Source: a virus. From it: a stretch of 64,000 bases of DNA. The notes beneath the pieces were generated by a model. It saw only the letters and a list, made by a program, of their open reading frames with translations. It had not been told where the DNA came from and did no database searches. Positions 1-9,463 of this stretch are shown here, one piece after another. How positions within the stretch are numbered: the stretch's first letter is position 1; the number at the start of each line of letters is the position of its first letter. A program made the position numbers and the translations under genes. The stretch spans positions 8,547 to 72,546 of the IMG/VR virus record IMGVR_UViG_3300035532_000075. One strand, 5' to 3'.

Positions 1-2
1 AC

Positions 3-2399
3 ATATACCAAAGCACTATGGTGAAAAACAACTGGAGGTATGTAATAAAAATCAATACCTAATAAACCACCGCCTGCGTCAAACATAGTAATATCCCCAT
101 CTGGGGTTACCTCATACCAAACACCTTCCCCTAAATAAGAATCTTCTCTAAATTTTATTATTAAAGTGCTAGGGTCCAAGTCACTGGCAAAAGGACGAAG
201 TCTAATCCAATAATCAGTATCTACATTATTTTTTTCAGACCACATTTTTGGAAAAGCCTCTTGTACAAAAACAAACTGATCTAAAGCTACAGTATCTGTA
301 TGCCCATATAATAAATGCTTACTAACGTAGTTTTGACTTATAGGATGCTCAGTATAACCTTCAGGAACAATTTGAATTTTAAATTCAGACTCTGCCCTAC
401 TATTCTTACAAAAAGCCAAAGAGTTGGTATGTACGTACAACTCTGCTGAATTATTATAAAATCCAGGCGCAGGTAATTGGACGGCATTCTCTTTATGTAA
501 AACTGGCTCTTCAATTTGTTTTATAAGAGGTGGAAATTTAACTAAATCGCTATAAGTCTTCCACCCATCCTCATTTAAAAGTTTATTGTATGGATACATG
601 AACGAAACACGTTGACTAATAGCTACAGAACCGTCACAAGCAGGTACATTAACCCTATTTAACGAAGGAGCACCTTTAACTTGAGCCGGTATCAAATAAG
701 ATTTGGTAAGTACTGAACAAGTACTCGTAAAATCAGATAACAATACCAATCGTAATTCTATTGAATATTCATTATGTTGGGTCAAATTTATAACAGTGTT
801 TACAAACGAAGTACCGTGCGTAATATTACCACCATCTACCAAAGCTTTAATTTTTACTTGCCCTTGAACATTATATCCAGCATCATATGTCAAAAAAGCC
901 TGACCATCAGCATCTGATTGGCCATAACCATCTTCAGGTTGAATAACTGCCCCAGAATCTCCTTCAGTAGTAAACCAAATATTTTTATTAATAAGTCCTA
1001 CCCCAAACTGATCTCTAACAGTAACAGTTATATTAGCACGATCAGCCACCATTAACACATTATTATCAGCTTGTAAAGCCAAAGAAAATGAATAAGGTAA
1101 TAGTGAATCAGTTTGATAATTATAAGTACTCCAAGATATTACTGAGTATTGACCTGCGTCATCCTTTTTAATAATCTCTTCTTGTAACCTATATATAGTA
1201 ACATCCTTAATATCTATATCAAAAAGTTCTATTGACCTATTTGTAGTTGGGTACATTAAACTTAAACACTGTGATCTAGAAATTTCATAATCATCTAAGT
1301 CCATATGAAGTAAATTTCCGCCCTTAACAAAACTAATGGTATTCATATAAGCATTCCAAGCTGCGGAGTGTACATCACTGTATATACCACTATAATCTCT
1401 AAGATAAACTTCCCCATAATTAGTTTGGTCCATGTGAAATAAAGTACCATAAGGAGTAGTAGTTCCATATTTAATACCTATACTGTTAACTAAAGGTTTA
1501 GGATTACCAAACAAAACAACATCACCAAAAGAAGTTACTAAATCTTCTTCCATATAATCATATTTAGGAGGAATGTACCCTTCATAAGTTTTAATTACCA
1601 CCTTCTCACCATCAATACTATGTACATAAACCTCTTCAATATCTCCAACATTATCTTGATCAGTTGAAGGACCTAACATAAGTGTGTCGTATTTTTTTAA
1701 ACCAGAAGTGGTAGTAAGTGGAAGAAAAATCTGACCTGACCCATGAACTGCATGATCCAAAAGTGATGATACATTATTTACTACAGAAAAAGCGTCACCA
1801 CCAAACCAATCAGTATCATCTGAGTTTTTTATTATGGTGTTATTCAAAACCAATCTATCATTTGAACTATCTAATAACCACCTACGTATAATATTACTAC
1901 TAAATTCTGGACTGCTATCTGTATCTAAATAGCCTAAAGCATCATTAAGGTTATATTCTTCATAAGGTGCTGGGCGAGGAAAACTAATTTCATCAGCATC
2001 TTCTGGGTCTATTTCATCAAACAAAACATAAGGATGTCCTTCAACATCCAAATCTCTTTCCAATTTGTAAAAATCTCTAATAGTCTTAGCACGTTTTTCT
2101 AACGTATAAAACACCGCACCATTAAAATAAGAATTCTGATCTTTAGGTCCTACATACTTTATAGCTACAAACTCATTATAGAAATAACCATCTGAATTTA
2201 AAGTTGGGGCAGGATCATATGTATAAGGCCCCGATTCTAATACCCCTGGTGGATAAAAACCATATGTACGTATTAATTCACCATTAGTGTTCCTTACATG
2301 CATAACCACAGGATCATTGTCAGAATCTACTGAACAAAAAGTTCCAGTTTGAGGTCCTATACAAAAATTAGGATTATTAAGTCTTATATTTTCAAACAT
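3..2399 (-). CDS. Large Ig-like (Big_1-type) virion protein, 3'-truncated by the window edge; paralogue of the two upstream genes
   Basis: Not in the ORF track. Manual translation from ATG at 2399 (MFENIRLNNPNFCIG...) stays open to the window edge for about 799 codons. It contains VRDQFGVGLINKNIWFTTEGDSG...GQSDADGQAFLTY, matching the Ig-like segments of 2419..3633 and 3636..4892. Confidence 0.8.
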   Translation of the reverse strand, partial: MFENIRLNNPNFCIGPQTGTFCSVDSDNDPVVMHVRNTNGELIRTYGFYPPGVLESGPYTYDPAPTLNSDGYFYNEFVAIKYVGPKDQNSYFNGAVFYTLEKRAKTIRDFYKLERDLDVEGHPYVLFDEIDPEDADEISFPRPAPYEEYNLNDALGYLDTDSSPEFSSNIIRRWLLDSSNDRLVLNNTIIKNSDDTDWFGGDAFSVVNNVSSLLDHAVHGSGQIFLPLTTTSGLKKYDTLMLGPSTDQDNVGDIEEVYVHSIDGEKVVIKTYEGYIPPKYDYMEEDLVTSFGDVVLFGNPKPLVNSIGIKYGTTTPYGTLFHMDQTNYGEVYLRDYSGIYSDVHSAAWNAYMNTISFVKGGNLLHMDLDDYEISRSQCLSLMYPTTNRSIELFDIDIKDVTIYRLQEEIIKKDDAGQYSVISWSTYNYQTDSLLPYSFSLALQADNNVLMVADRANITVTVRDQFGVGLINKNIWFTTEGDSGAVIQPEDGYGQSDADGQAFLTYDAGYNVQGQVKIKALVDGGNITHGTSFVNTVINLTQHNEYSIELRLVLLSDFTSTCSVLTKSYLIPAQVKGAPSLNRVNVPACDGSVAISQRVSFMYPYNKLLNEDGWKTYSDLVKFPPLIKQIEEPVLHKENAVQLPAPGFYNNSAELYVHTNSLAFCKNSRAESEFKIQIVPEGYTEHPISQNYVSKHLLYGHTDTVALDQFVFVQEAFPKMWSEKNNVDTDYWIRLRPFASDLDPSTLIIKFREDSYLGEGVWYEVTPDGDITMFDAGGGLLGIDFYYIPPVVFHHSALVY

Positions 2400-2418
2400 T
2401 TTTTTTTAATAAGTCCTT

Positions 2419-3633
2419 TTAATCATATTGAGTAGCGGTAACTGTTAAAAATACTGTATTAGGAACTATACCAGCCTTATAATAAACTAAAGCGGTACCA
2501 TCTATACTTGTATAAACAGTATATGTTGTTATAAAGCCAACAGTGTCTGTATCTATAAAAGACACGGGTTTAACCTGTATTGGTGCCCCATACTGATCCT
2601 TAACAACTGCTTTTACATTAGCTACATTAATACCATTGGCGGGTAGAATCTTAGGTAGTACATCTATGGATACAGAATCCACAAAAGGACGTATAGGCGA
2701 TGGTTGGAAATTTACAGACGAAAAATCATCATCATCTTCAAAATAAGTTGCTGATTGTTGCAATCTATATAAAGTATCGCCATCTATTTGTAATGTTAAA
2801 ATAGGTATTATAGTAGATCTATCAGACTTTATATTATCAACTACCATAGTTTTATCAACTACTAAAGAGGCGGTATTTAAAAAACGTAAATTATTTTCCC
2901 AAGCAAGTATAATATAGCTATCAACCGATGAATTGTAAAAACAACTAGCTGTAATAGCAGCAAAGTCTGCATCAACAGTAACAGATTTAATTTCCTTTTT
3001 TGGTAAACCTATTTGATATAGTGCGCCGTCGCCATACGTTTTAAATGCATATTTATTTAATATCCAAAGATTAGTTGTAAAATATATAGGCACATCAGGA
3101 GGGTAAGTGTGTTGGACAAAAAAGTCTAAACCAAGTCTGCCATCAGAAAGAGTCCCAGTAACGGTGACATTTTCATAATGGCCATCATGATTAGGTCCTA
3201 AAGTAACTACCGTGCCTGGTAATACATTATCTGTATATTCAGTAATAGAAATGGTAGTATTATTTTTATAAATAATACCAGAAGAAGTAGTGTTATAAAA
3301 CTCCAAAGCAAAAGTAGATGCGTTATAAGAATGATCAGGATCATTATAAAATTCTAAAACTTCTTCTAAATGCACTACATAATTATCTTCATAATATTTT
3401 TTTATAACTATATCTTGATTTGTTGAACCTTCTTGTAGTGTCCAAAAATACCTACCATCAAATTCCATACATTTAATAGGATTACCTACTATGTCTATAA
3501 TAGGGTAAGTAAAAACAGTTAAACCATCAGAAGCTTTTTGATAAAGAACATTGTTAGATTCGTCTATATAATAAAAATAACCATTACTAACTACACAATG
3601 ATTTTTATTAAATTTAATATTCTCATAGGTCAT
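2419..3633 (-). CDS. Virion protein with putative beta-propeller-like N-terminus and C-terminal Big_1-type Ig-like domain
   Basis: 404 aa. C-terminal VKAVVKDQYGAPIQVKPVSF...TSIDGTALVYY resembles invasin/intimin Big_1. Colinear with 3636..4892. Confidence 0.65.
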   Translation of the reverse strand: MTYENIKFNKNHCVVSNGYFYYIDESNNVLYQKASDGLTVFTYPIIDIVGNPIKCMEFDGRYFWTLQEGSTNQDIVIKKYYEDNYVVHLEEVLEFYNDPDHSYNASTFALEFYNTTSSGIIYKNNTTISITEYTDNVLPGTVVTLGPNHDGHYENVTVTGTLSDGRLGLDFFVQHTYPPDVPIYFTTNLWILNKYAFKTYGDGALYQIGLPKKEIKSVTVDADFAAITASCFYNSSVDSYIILAWENNLRFLNTASLVVDKTMVVDNIKSDRSTIIPILTLQIDGDTLYRLQQSATYFEDDDDFSSVNFQPSPIRPFVDSVSIDVLPKILPANGINVANVKAVVKDQYGAPIQVKPVSFIDTDTVGFITTYTVYTSIDGTALVYYKAGIVPNTVFLTVTATQYD

Positions 3634-3635
3634 TG

Positions 3636-4892
3636 CTAAACCTGCTGTACCCTTGCAATTATTTGTACCAACTCAGCATCTAAACCAGATCTATAAGTAG
3701 ATACGGCTAATCCATCAGAATCAGTATTTACATATTCCTGACCGTCCACTATAACCCCAGTTGATTCTGTGGCTACTGAAAAATAAATTAAACGCCCAGC
3801 AATTGGCTGCAAAAACTGATCCTTTACCCTAGCAGTTAATTCTGACACACTGACTTCATTAGCAGCTATAATATTTGGGGTAGCCGTCATGGATATAGAT
3901 GATACTAATTGATTAAAAGTAGCTGCTTGGTAATTATAATTACCCCAAGAAGAAGTTTCTCCAAAATAAGTCGCTTTCTTCTGTAGCCTATAAACATTTT
4001 TTCCAAATACTGAAATATCATAAACAGTAATAATACTTATATCATCATTTTCAATTGTATCCATAGCCATAGAACCATAATAACTTAACTCATTAACAGA
4101 TGACGTTATATCAACAAATAAAAGATTGCTTGCTTTTACATACATTAAAGAATTGACCGTACCAAAATCTATAAAATGACTAATCTCTGAAAAAGTGGTA
4201 GCTTTAACATCTTTATATACACCTCCAGGATAAATAAATAGGATGGAGCCTGAATATGCATTTAATTTGTAAAGTGCCCCATTACTTGTGTCCAATTCAT
4301 TAGAATTATTAAATAACCATATATTATTATAAAATTTAAATTCCTGGCCGTCTGAATAGTCATTCTCTAACGGATCTGCAAAAGTTACTACATTATGATC
4401 AACATGTTGTATATTAATAGTTTCAAACTTACCCTCACTATTAGGACCAATAGTAGCCGCCATACCACTTAACAATTCTCCTGGCAACTCTCCATCATCA
4501 GTATCCACAGTTATAATAGTGTCCCCAGGCAAATAAGAACCGCTTATAGTACAATGGTAATGTTCTACAGTAAAGGCCTCACCATTAAAATTATGACCAG
4601 AATTACTTAATGTTAATGTATCTTTTAATTTACATGCATAATTTTCTATACGCCATCTATTAATGACCAACGTCTGCTCAGATGAACCATCATGAAGAGA
4701 CCAAAAATTGACACCGTCATATTCAATACTTAACATGGTTTCTGTCATTAAAGTATCAAAAGGATAAGAAAATGCTGTGATACCATCATCTGTTTTTTGA
4801 AGAAGCATGTCAGTATCATCATCAAACATATAAAAATAACCATCTATAAAAGTCATATGTGGTTTTCTAAATTTTAAATTATCTGTAGCCAT
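3636..4892 (-). CDS. Virion protein with putative beta-propeller-like N-terminus and C-terminal Big_1-type Ig-like domain
   Basis: 418 aa. LTARVKDQFLQPIAGRLIYFSV...NTDSDGLAVSTY. N-terminus aligns by eye with 2419..3633 (GYFY..D...L.QK..DG.T.F.YP; E(F/Y)DG..FW.L). Confidence 0.65.
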   Translation of the reverse strand: MATDNLKFRKPHMTFIDGYFYMFDDDTDMLLQKTDDGITAFSYPFDTLMTETMLSIEYDGVNFWSLHDGSSEQTLVINRWRIENYACKLKDTLTLSNSGHNFNGEAFTVEHYHCTISGSYLPGDTIITVDTDDGELPGELLSGMAATIGPNSEGKFETINIQHVDHNVVTFADPLENDYSDGQEFKFYNNIWLFNNSNELDTSNGALYKLNAYSGSILFIYPGGVYKDVKATTFSEISHFIDFGTVNSLMYVKASNLLFVDITSSVNELSYYGSMAMDTIENDDISIITVYDISVFGKNVYRLQKKATYFGETSSWGNYNYQAATFNQLVSSISMTATPNIIAANEVSVSELTARVKDQFLQPIAGRLIYFSVATESTGVIVDGQEYVNTDSDGLAVSTYRSGLDAELVQIIARVQQV

Positions 4893-4901
4893 CAGTTACT
4901 C

Positions 4902-5417
4902 CTATCTATAATTTCTTGTTATTCTACTTGGCGGTTCCCAATGTATATTATAAAAAAATGGATCGCCATCTATAATACATTCATCAGTAATATCAAATTC
5001 TATACCTTCAGTAGTTATTGTTACATTCACATCTGATAAATCTATACCAGAAGAAGGATTGTCTTCTTTTATATCTATATGTATATTAGAAGCTATAGAA
5101 ACGGATTCACCAAAAGGAGCTATATTTGACATATATGGTGGAGAACTATCACACACCAAAGGGGCCCAATTAATCTGACTAGCCAATTTAGATACAGAAT
5201 CCGCCAAAGCGTTATCTAAGTTATCAAAATTAACCACATTGTGTATATAAGAAGGTTTAATTTTAGTACCACTAGCTGAAGGATAAGTAGTTGCGGCCTC
5301 TAACACCCATTTAGGGTCCCCATCAGAGTCATTGGTGATTACAAACTTAGACAAATTTATATCTACCAAAGCAGTTTTATAATCACTTAGGCTATTTTTA
5401 ACTAATATATGTGCCAA
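4902..5417 (-). CDS. Hypothetical virion structural protein
   Basis: 171-aa ORF in the structural module. N-terminus (VDINLSKFVITNDSDGDPKWVLEAATT) resembles that of 6420..7403 (VTIDLESIIPLGSEGDEKFVLSASTS). Confidence 0.55.
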   Translation of the reverse strand: MAHILVKNSLSDYKTALVDINLSKFVITNDSDGDPKWVLEAATTYPSASGTKIKPSYIHNVVNFDNLDNALADSVSKLASQINWAPLVCDSSPPYMSNIAPFGESVSIASNIHIDIKEDNPSSGIDLSDVNVTITTEGIEFDITDECIIDGDPFFYNIHWEPPSRITRNYR

Positions 5418-5432
5418 TTAAATATCCTTTTA

Positions 5433-5996
5433 TTAACTTTTTATAATGAACCTACGAAATGATTCTAAATCATAATCTTTTTGAATGGACCTTCCATATA
5501 ATCTTTTATCATCTATATCTACTAAGGCTGCCAATGGGCCTAAAGATTTGTCCAATATAGATTTAAGATTAGCAAGACCTTGCTTATTATTAAAATATAT
5601 TGAATAATCATGTACCAATATACCTAAATTAAACAAAGTACCTTTTATTGATCTAATCGATTGTGATAAAGAAGGTATTTTCAATTCATTATTATAACTA
5701 CCAGTATTTAATATTATTATATAAAAATTAATACACCCACTAACACTTATCTGTACCATAGTATTTATATACTTAATAAGATAGCTATCATCACAAAATA
5801 CAAAAACACGTTTTTTTGAACCCATGGCAATGCCCAAAGCCACCGCAAGATAGTCTATAGATAAGTCATCAAAATAACACACACCCTCAAGCACCTCAAA
5901 CTTTGATTCACATATAAGTTCCTTTCCAATACAAAAAACCACATCTTCTTCTGACAATAGTTTAGAAAACCCAGAAAATACCCTTTTCCTATTCAT
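5433..5996 (-). CDS. Degenerate ThDP-binding (PP) domain protein, ComE / phosphonopyruvate decarboxylase beta-like
   Basis: AVALGIAMGSKKRVFVFCDDSYL...FYIIILNTGSY aligns with the A.G.A...V...DGDGS...LDNG.Y pattern. GDG is replaced by CDD. Confidence 0.6.
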   Translation of the reverse strand: MNRKRVFSGFSKLLSEEDVVFCIGKELICESKFEVLEGVCYFDDLSIDYLAVALGIAMGSKKRVFVFCDDSYLIKYINTMVQISVSGCINFYIIILNTGSYNNELKIPSLSQSIRSIKGTLFNLGILVHDYSIYFNNKQGLANLKSILDKSLGPLAALVDIDDKRLYGRSIQKDYDLESFRRFIIKS

Positions 5997-6013
5997 AAAT
6001 TTCCCCTATAAAC

Positions 6014-6415
6014 CTAAATTTTTAATATGGCAGGTAACTCCTTACACTCCATATACTCATTAAGCTGATCCAGTATAGATAGCCCACCATCAAAAGTGAA
6101 TACCTTTAAACCTACATCTTTATTAGAGTTAGTTATAAATAGTATAGGTATATTATATTTTATAATAAAATCATCTATAGATACTTTAGTCATTAATAAT
6201 GTATCACTATCACATAACACAGAACTTTTATAGCCACTCAAACATACACCAGCAGCAAGTCCTATAGCAGTGAAATCACTTACAGCTGGTACAAAATGCA
6301 AAATATCAGGATTTAATGAGTTAAAAATATCTTTAAGAGACTCATTAGGTACACCAGTAAAAAAATGATAACCTATATCTGTACAAAGTTTTTTCCAAAA
6401 ACTATTAAAATCCAT
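6014..6415 (-). CDS. Degenerate ThDP PYR-domain protein, ComD / phosphonopyruvate decarboxylase alpha-like
   Basis: FFTGVPNESLK resembles FFTGVPDSLLK of phosphonopyruvate decarboxylase. AVSDFTAIGLAAG sits at the NEG.A.G.AAG position, followed by Y.IPILFI. Only 133 aa. Confidence 0.65.
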   Translation of the reverse strand: MDFNSFWKKLCTDIGYHFFTGVPNESLKDIFNSLNPDILHFVPAVSDFTAIGLAAGVCLSGYKSSVLCDSDTLLMTKVSIDDFIIKYNIPILFITNSNKDVGLKVFTFDGGLSILDQLNEYMECKELPAILKI

Positions 6416-6419
6416 AACA

Positions 6420-7403
6420 TTAACTACTAAAATCTATTTGATTGGAAATTGTTTTTATGCCAAAACGCACCAACTGATCTATAGATGTAAACCAATTGGT
6501 TGGAACACTTTCCGGATCTTGTTCACGTAATAATTGAATTTTAGCTTTACTTGCAGTATAATTATTAGTAATAGCATCATAACCATTAGCGGATAAGGTA
6601 GCTACTTTTATAGTTGTATCATTAGTGCCAGATAATGCAGTAAAGTATTCAGGAGCTCTCTCACCATCAGTAATCATAAAAACCTTACCAGCTGCCGCAC
6701 CTGTTCCAGTATTAACACTAATAGTGTCTGTACCTGCAGTATAATCTTGATTTAATAAGGTTTCTTTAACAGCTATACTATATAACGCGTAACTAGTGGT
6801 GGGTAAATCAAAGCCCAAAACCTCGGTGCAATCATTAACAGTGCCAGAAGCAACTACTACCGAAGAACGATTGTTACCTGAATAATAAGGACTTATACTA
6901 CCAGAAACAATCCAAAATTTACCATTTTTATATTCTACTGAAGCATTTCTATATGATGCAAAAAATCCAGCATCAGCTGTTTCCAAATTATAAGCTATAG
7001 CTCTAATTTTTTCTTCCAATTCTGCTGCAATAATTTCACCAGTTATTGGTGTTTGGTCGTCATTAGGAGTCAATGTAATATTATAATAACCACTACCATC
7101 AGTACCACTAACTGTAGCATCAATTTTAATATTTAAACTTTTATGTGTGTCATCAATATAAAATTTTCCAGATGAACCAGCAAAACCAGAACTTTTACAC
7201 CAACCAGATTTCATTTCATTAACATATAAATCCTGTATTACGGTTCTACTTGTAATATCACTATAAGCACTAGTAGACGCACTCAATACAAATTTCTCAT
7301 CACCCTCTGATCCAAGAGGAATGATGCTTTCTAAATCAATAGTAACACGTTTAGTTGTTCCAGGATAATTTATAATATCCTGTGTATCAATAGTAATCGC
7401 CAA
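6420..7403 (-). CDS. Hypothetical virion structural protein (S/T/G-rich)
   Basis: 327-aa ORF with AGGAGG SD and beta-rich composition, in the tail-distal module. Confidence 0.55.
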   Translation of the reverse strand: MAITIDTQDIINYPGTTKRVTIDLESIIPLGSEGDEKFVLSASTSAYSDITSRTVIQDLYVNEMKSGWCKSSGFAGSSGKFYIDDTHKSLNIKIDATVSGTDGSGYYNITLTPNDDQTPITGEIIAAELEEKIRAIAYNLETADAGFFASYRNASVEYKNGKFWIVSGSISPYYSGNNRSSVVVASGTVNDCTEVLGFDLPTTSYALYSIAVKETLLNQDYTAGTDTISVNTGTGAAAGKVFMITDGERAPEYFTALSGTNDTTIKVATLSANGYDAITNNYTASKAKIQLLREQDPESVPTNWFTSIDQLVRFGIKTISNQIDFSS

Positions 7404-7415
7404 TGTTATATCCTC

Positions 7416-8035
7416 CTATATATTATATCTTTTATTTAAAATTGCATGATACCAAGCTTTATGCCATTTTTCATCTTTATTGGCCGCAGAATTACAACTT
7501 CTACACACTGTAATTAAATTTGACGGGTGGCAATTTTGTTTGTTGTAATCTATATGATGGATAGTTAAATCATCTGGATTTTTTGAATCGCAATAAGGAT
7601 TCAAACACTTATTACCATCACGTTCACGAATATCAAGTTTAAATTCTTTATCTTTCCAAACCTCGCAGTAAGGTTCAAAAGATTTACCACCCTTCCAAGA
7701 AGGGTTTCCAGATCCAAACCTATTTAAAGCACTACAAGTAGGGCACCTATTACCATTTCTCCAAGCATTCCAAATAGTTTTATGTTTATGACCAACAGGA
7801 CATATATACCATAACTCAGAATCACTATTAATATATTTATTACTTAAAATGGTGTGCCCTTCTTTTTCAAACTGCTCTCTAACAAAATCTATAGTAAGCT
7901 TGGCTTTTCCTGAACAATGAGGACATCTCCACCCACTAAACCAATTAGCCCAAGTTGTACTATGTGTGTGTGCCCATTAGGACACAGATAATCTAATTTA
8001 GCACTACTATTTGTATAATCTTTGCTAAGTAAAGT
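7416..8035 (-). pseudogene. 3' part of a zinc-ribbon-repeat HNH homing endonuclease gene, interrupted by the tnpB element and frameshifted
   Basis: After the IS right end the frame reads TLLSKDYTNSSAKLDYLCPNGH. A (CA)5 tract at 7963-7972 then shifts the frame; (CA)4 restores THSTTWANWFSGWRCPHC...HHIDYNKQNCHPSNLITVCRSCN (HNH motif). Confidence 0.85.
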
Positions 8036-8080
8036 GTGACACTCCACAGGGCAAGCCCTGTGGCTTCAAACGAAGTTTGA

Positions 8081-9340
8081 TTACACATTTGCAACCCTTA
8101 TTCGTTTAGGGTACGCCACAATACCTTTTATCATCTCAGGAGTAAACTCCATTGATGTTACTTTTGATTTACGAGCTATGTTTATGGCTCCATTTACATC
8201 TGAGTTCATTAGAATTCCATTTTTACTTCTAAACAAGCCCCTTTTTATTCTTCTACCAACATATTCATCATGATGTTTTACTGATTCGTTATCAATCGCT
8301 GAGCACTTAGATGTATGAGATTCTTGAGTTTCAAGATAGTTTAATCCGTATTCTTGGCATTTGGATTCAAGCATTGACATTAAATATCCAAAGGGAATTT
8401 GCACAAAGTTCTGATTATTTCTCTTACCGATGTTTATTTCTTGTTTCCAACCCTTGTTATGCCCTACAATGATTGTTCCAATATCGTTCTCAATGCAATA
8501 ATCAAGAACATATTTAGCTGTTTTCCTCATTACATCTTTAACCCGATTCTCTCTTTTTCTTTTTAGCAGAAATTGCTGCTTTGTGTACCCCTTGATATTT
8601 TGTTTATCTTTAATGCCTTGCAATTTTGCATTCTGTTTGTTCCAATAATAGTTAATTGATTTGAGTTTTTTACCGTCCATGATGAACGCCCTATTATTTG
8701 AAGCATCATAGCAAGTAGCAAGATTAGACAAACCAATATCAATACTTAGTACATTATTTTGATTGAGATTCAAATCCTGTTCTTTTATTTTATACACCAC
8801 CTCCATTTTGAAAAATGTTGCTTTTTGTTGTGGGATAATTCTTATTTCTTGGACTGTTTCCTTTTCTATCTGTGTTGGAAAATCTAAAACAATATTTTTT
8901 AATCCAGTTTCTTCTTTTAATTGTCTTGAAATCCCTATATGAATTTTATCCTCTTTAATTTGGAAACCATTTTTAGGAATTACCAATTGAAAATATCCAT
9001 CTTTAGGAAGATACTTTGGAATTGAAACTCTACTTTGATATTTACCTTTTTTCTTTGCTTTTAGCAGCCCAAAGAATGATTTAAAACTTCTATCAACAAC
9101 TTTAAGAGTTTGCTGCCCCATTACAGAAGGAAGTATTTGATAGTTCTCATTCGTCTTACAATGATGGTAGTTTTGTGGGTAAGACAGATATGTTTTAGTT
9201 TCAAAAAAGGTTTGTCGGACACTATACAAACCAAAATTATAAAGACGAGCAGAATGCCAACACATCTTTCTTAAAAGATTGTATTGATCCTTGCTCAACT
9301 GTCTTAATTGATTTGATTGTGTCTTATACAATTTATTCAC
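8081..9340 (-). CDS. tnpB: RNA-guided endonuclease TnpB family protein
   Basis: 419 aa. N-terminal ARLYNFGLY helix, RuvC-I LSIDIGLSNLA, RuvC-III NSDVNGAINIARK. Flanked by IS200/IS605 end hairpins. Confidence 0.92.
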   Translation of the reverse strand: MNKLYKTQSNQLRQLSKDQYNLLRKMCWHSARLYNFGLYSVRQTFFETKTYLSYPQNYHHCKTNENYQILPSVMGQQTLKVVDRSFKSFFGLLKAKKKGKYQSRVSIPKYLPKDGYFQLVIPKNGFQIKEDKIHIGISRQLKEETGLKNIVLDFPTQIEKETVQEIRIIPQQKATFFKMEVVYKIKEQDLNLNQNNVLSIDIGLSNLATCYDASNNRAFIMDGKKLKSINYYWNKQNAKLQGIKDKQNIKGYTKQQFLLKRKRENRVKDVMRKTAKYVLDYCIENDIGTIIVGHNKGWKQEINIGKRNNQNFVQIPFGYLMSMLESKCQEYGLNYLETQESHTSKCSAIDNESVKHHDEYVGRRIKRGLFRSKNGILMNSDVNGAINIARKSKVTSMEFTPEMIKGIVAYPKRIRVANV

Positions 9341-9364
9341 TCCATTTATTAGTATCTTGCCTAC

Positions 9365-9393
9365 AATATACTATCATATTCATACTTTGTCAA
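9365..9393 (-). promoter_or_regulatory. sigma70-like promoter inside the IS left end, upstream of tnpB
   Basis: TTGACA-N17-TATATT on the minus strand, 24 nt before the tnpB ATG. Confidence 0.7.
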
Positions 9394-9463
9394 GTGTTTT
9401 CTCAAATTATTTTACCAATTCATCCCCGAGGCAAGCCTGCAGGGGTTTTCTTGGCAGTTCCTT

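Larger units (their letters stand above)
8036..9463 (-). mobile_element. IS200/IS605-family tnpB-only (IS1341-like) non-autonomous element, 1,428 bp
   Basis: Left end follows TTAT (9467-9464) and has hairpin CCAA-GAAAA-CCCC...GGGG-ATGAA-TTGG (9454-9415). Right end has hairpin CCACAGGGC-TT-GCCCTGTGG (8063-8044) and ends in TCAC (8039-8036). Excision rejoins EGY-TLLSK in frame with no target duplication. No tnpA inside. Confidence 0.9.

Noticed and set aside
5433-6415. Functional auxiliary metabolic genes for coenzyme M or phosphonate synthesis
   Set aside because: Key ThDP-binding and catalytic motifs appear substituted, and no partner pathway genes are in the window. Kept only as a pseudoenzyme hypothesis.
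8036-9463. tnpB element as an IStron or autonomous transposon
   Set aside because: No group I core elements and no tnpA in the 1,428 bp. The host gene carries a second lesion, consistent with inactivation.
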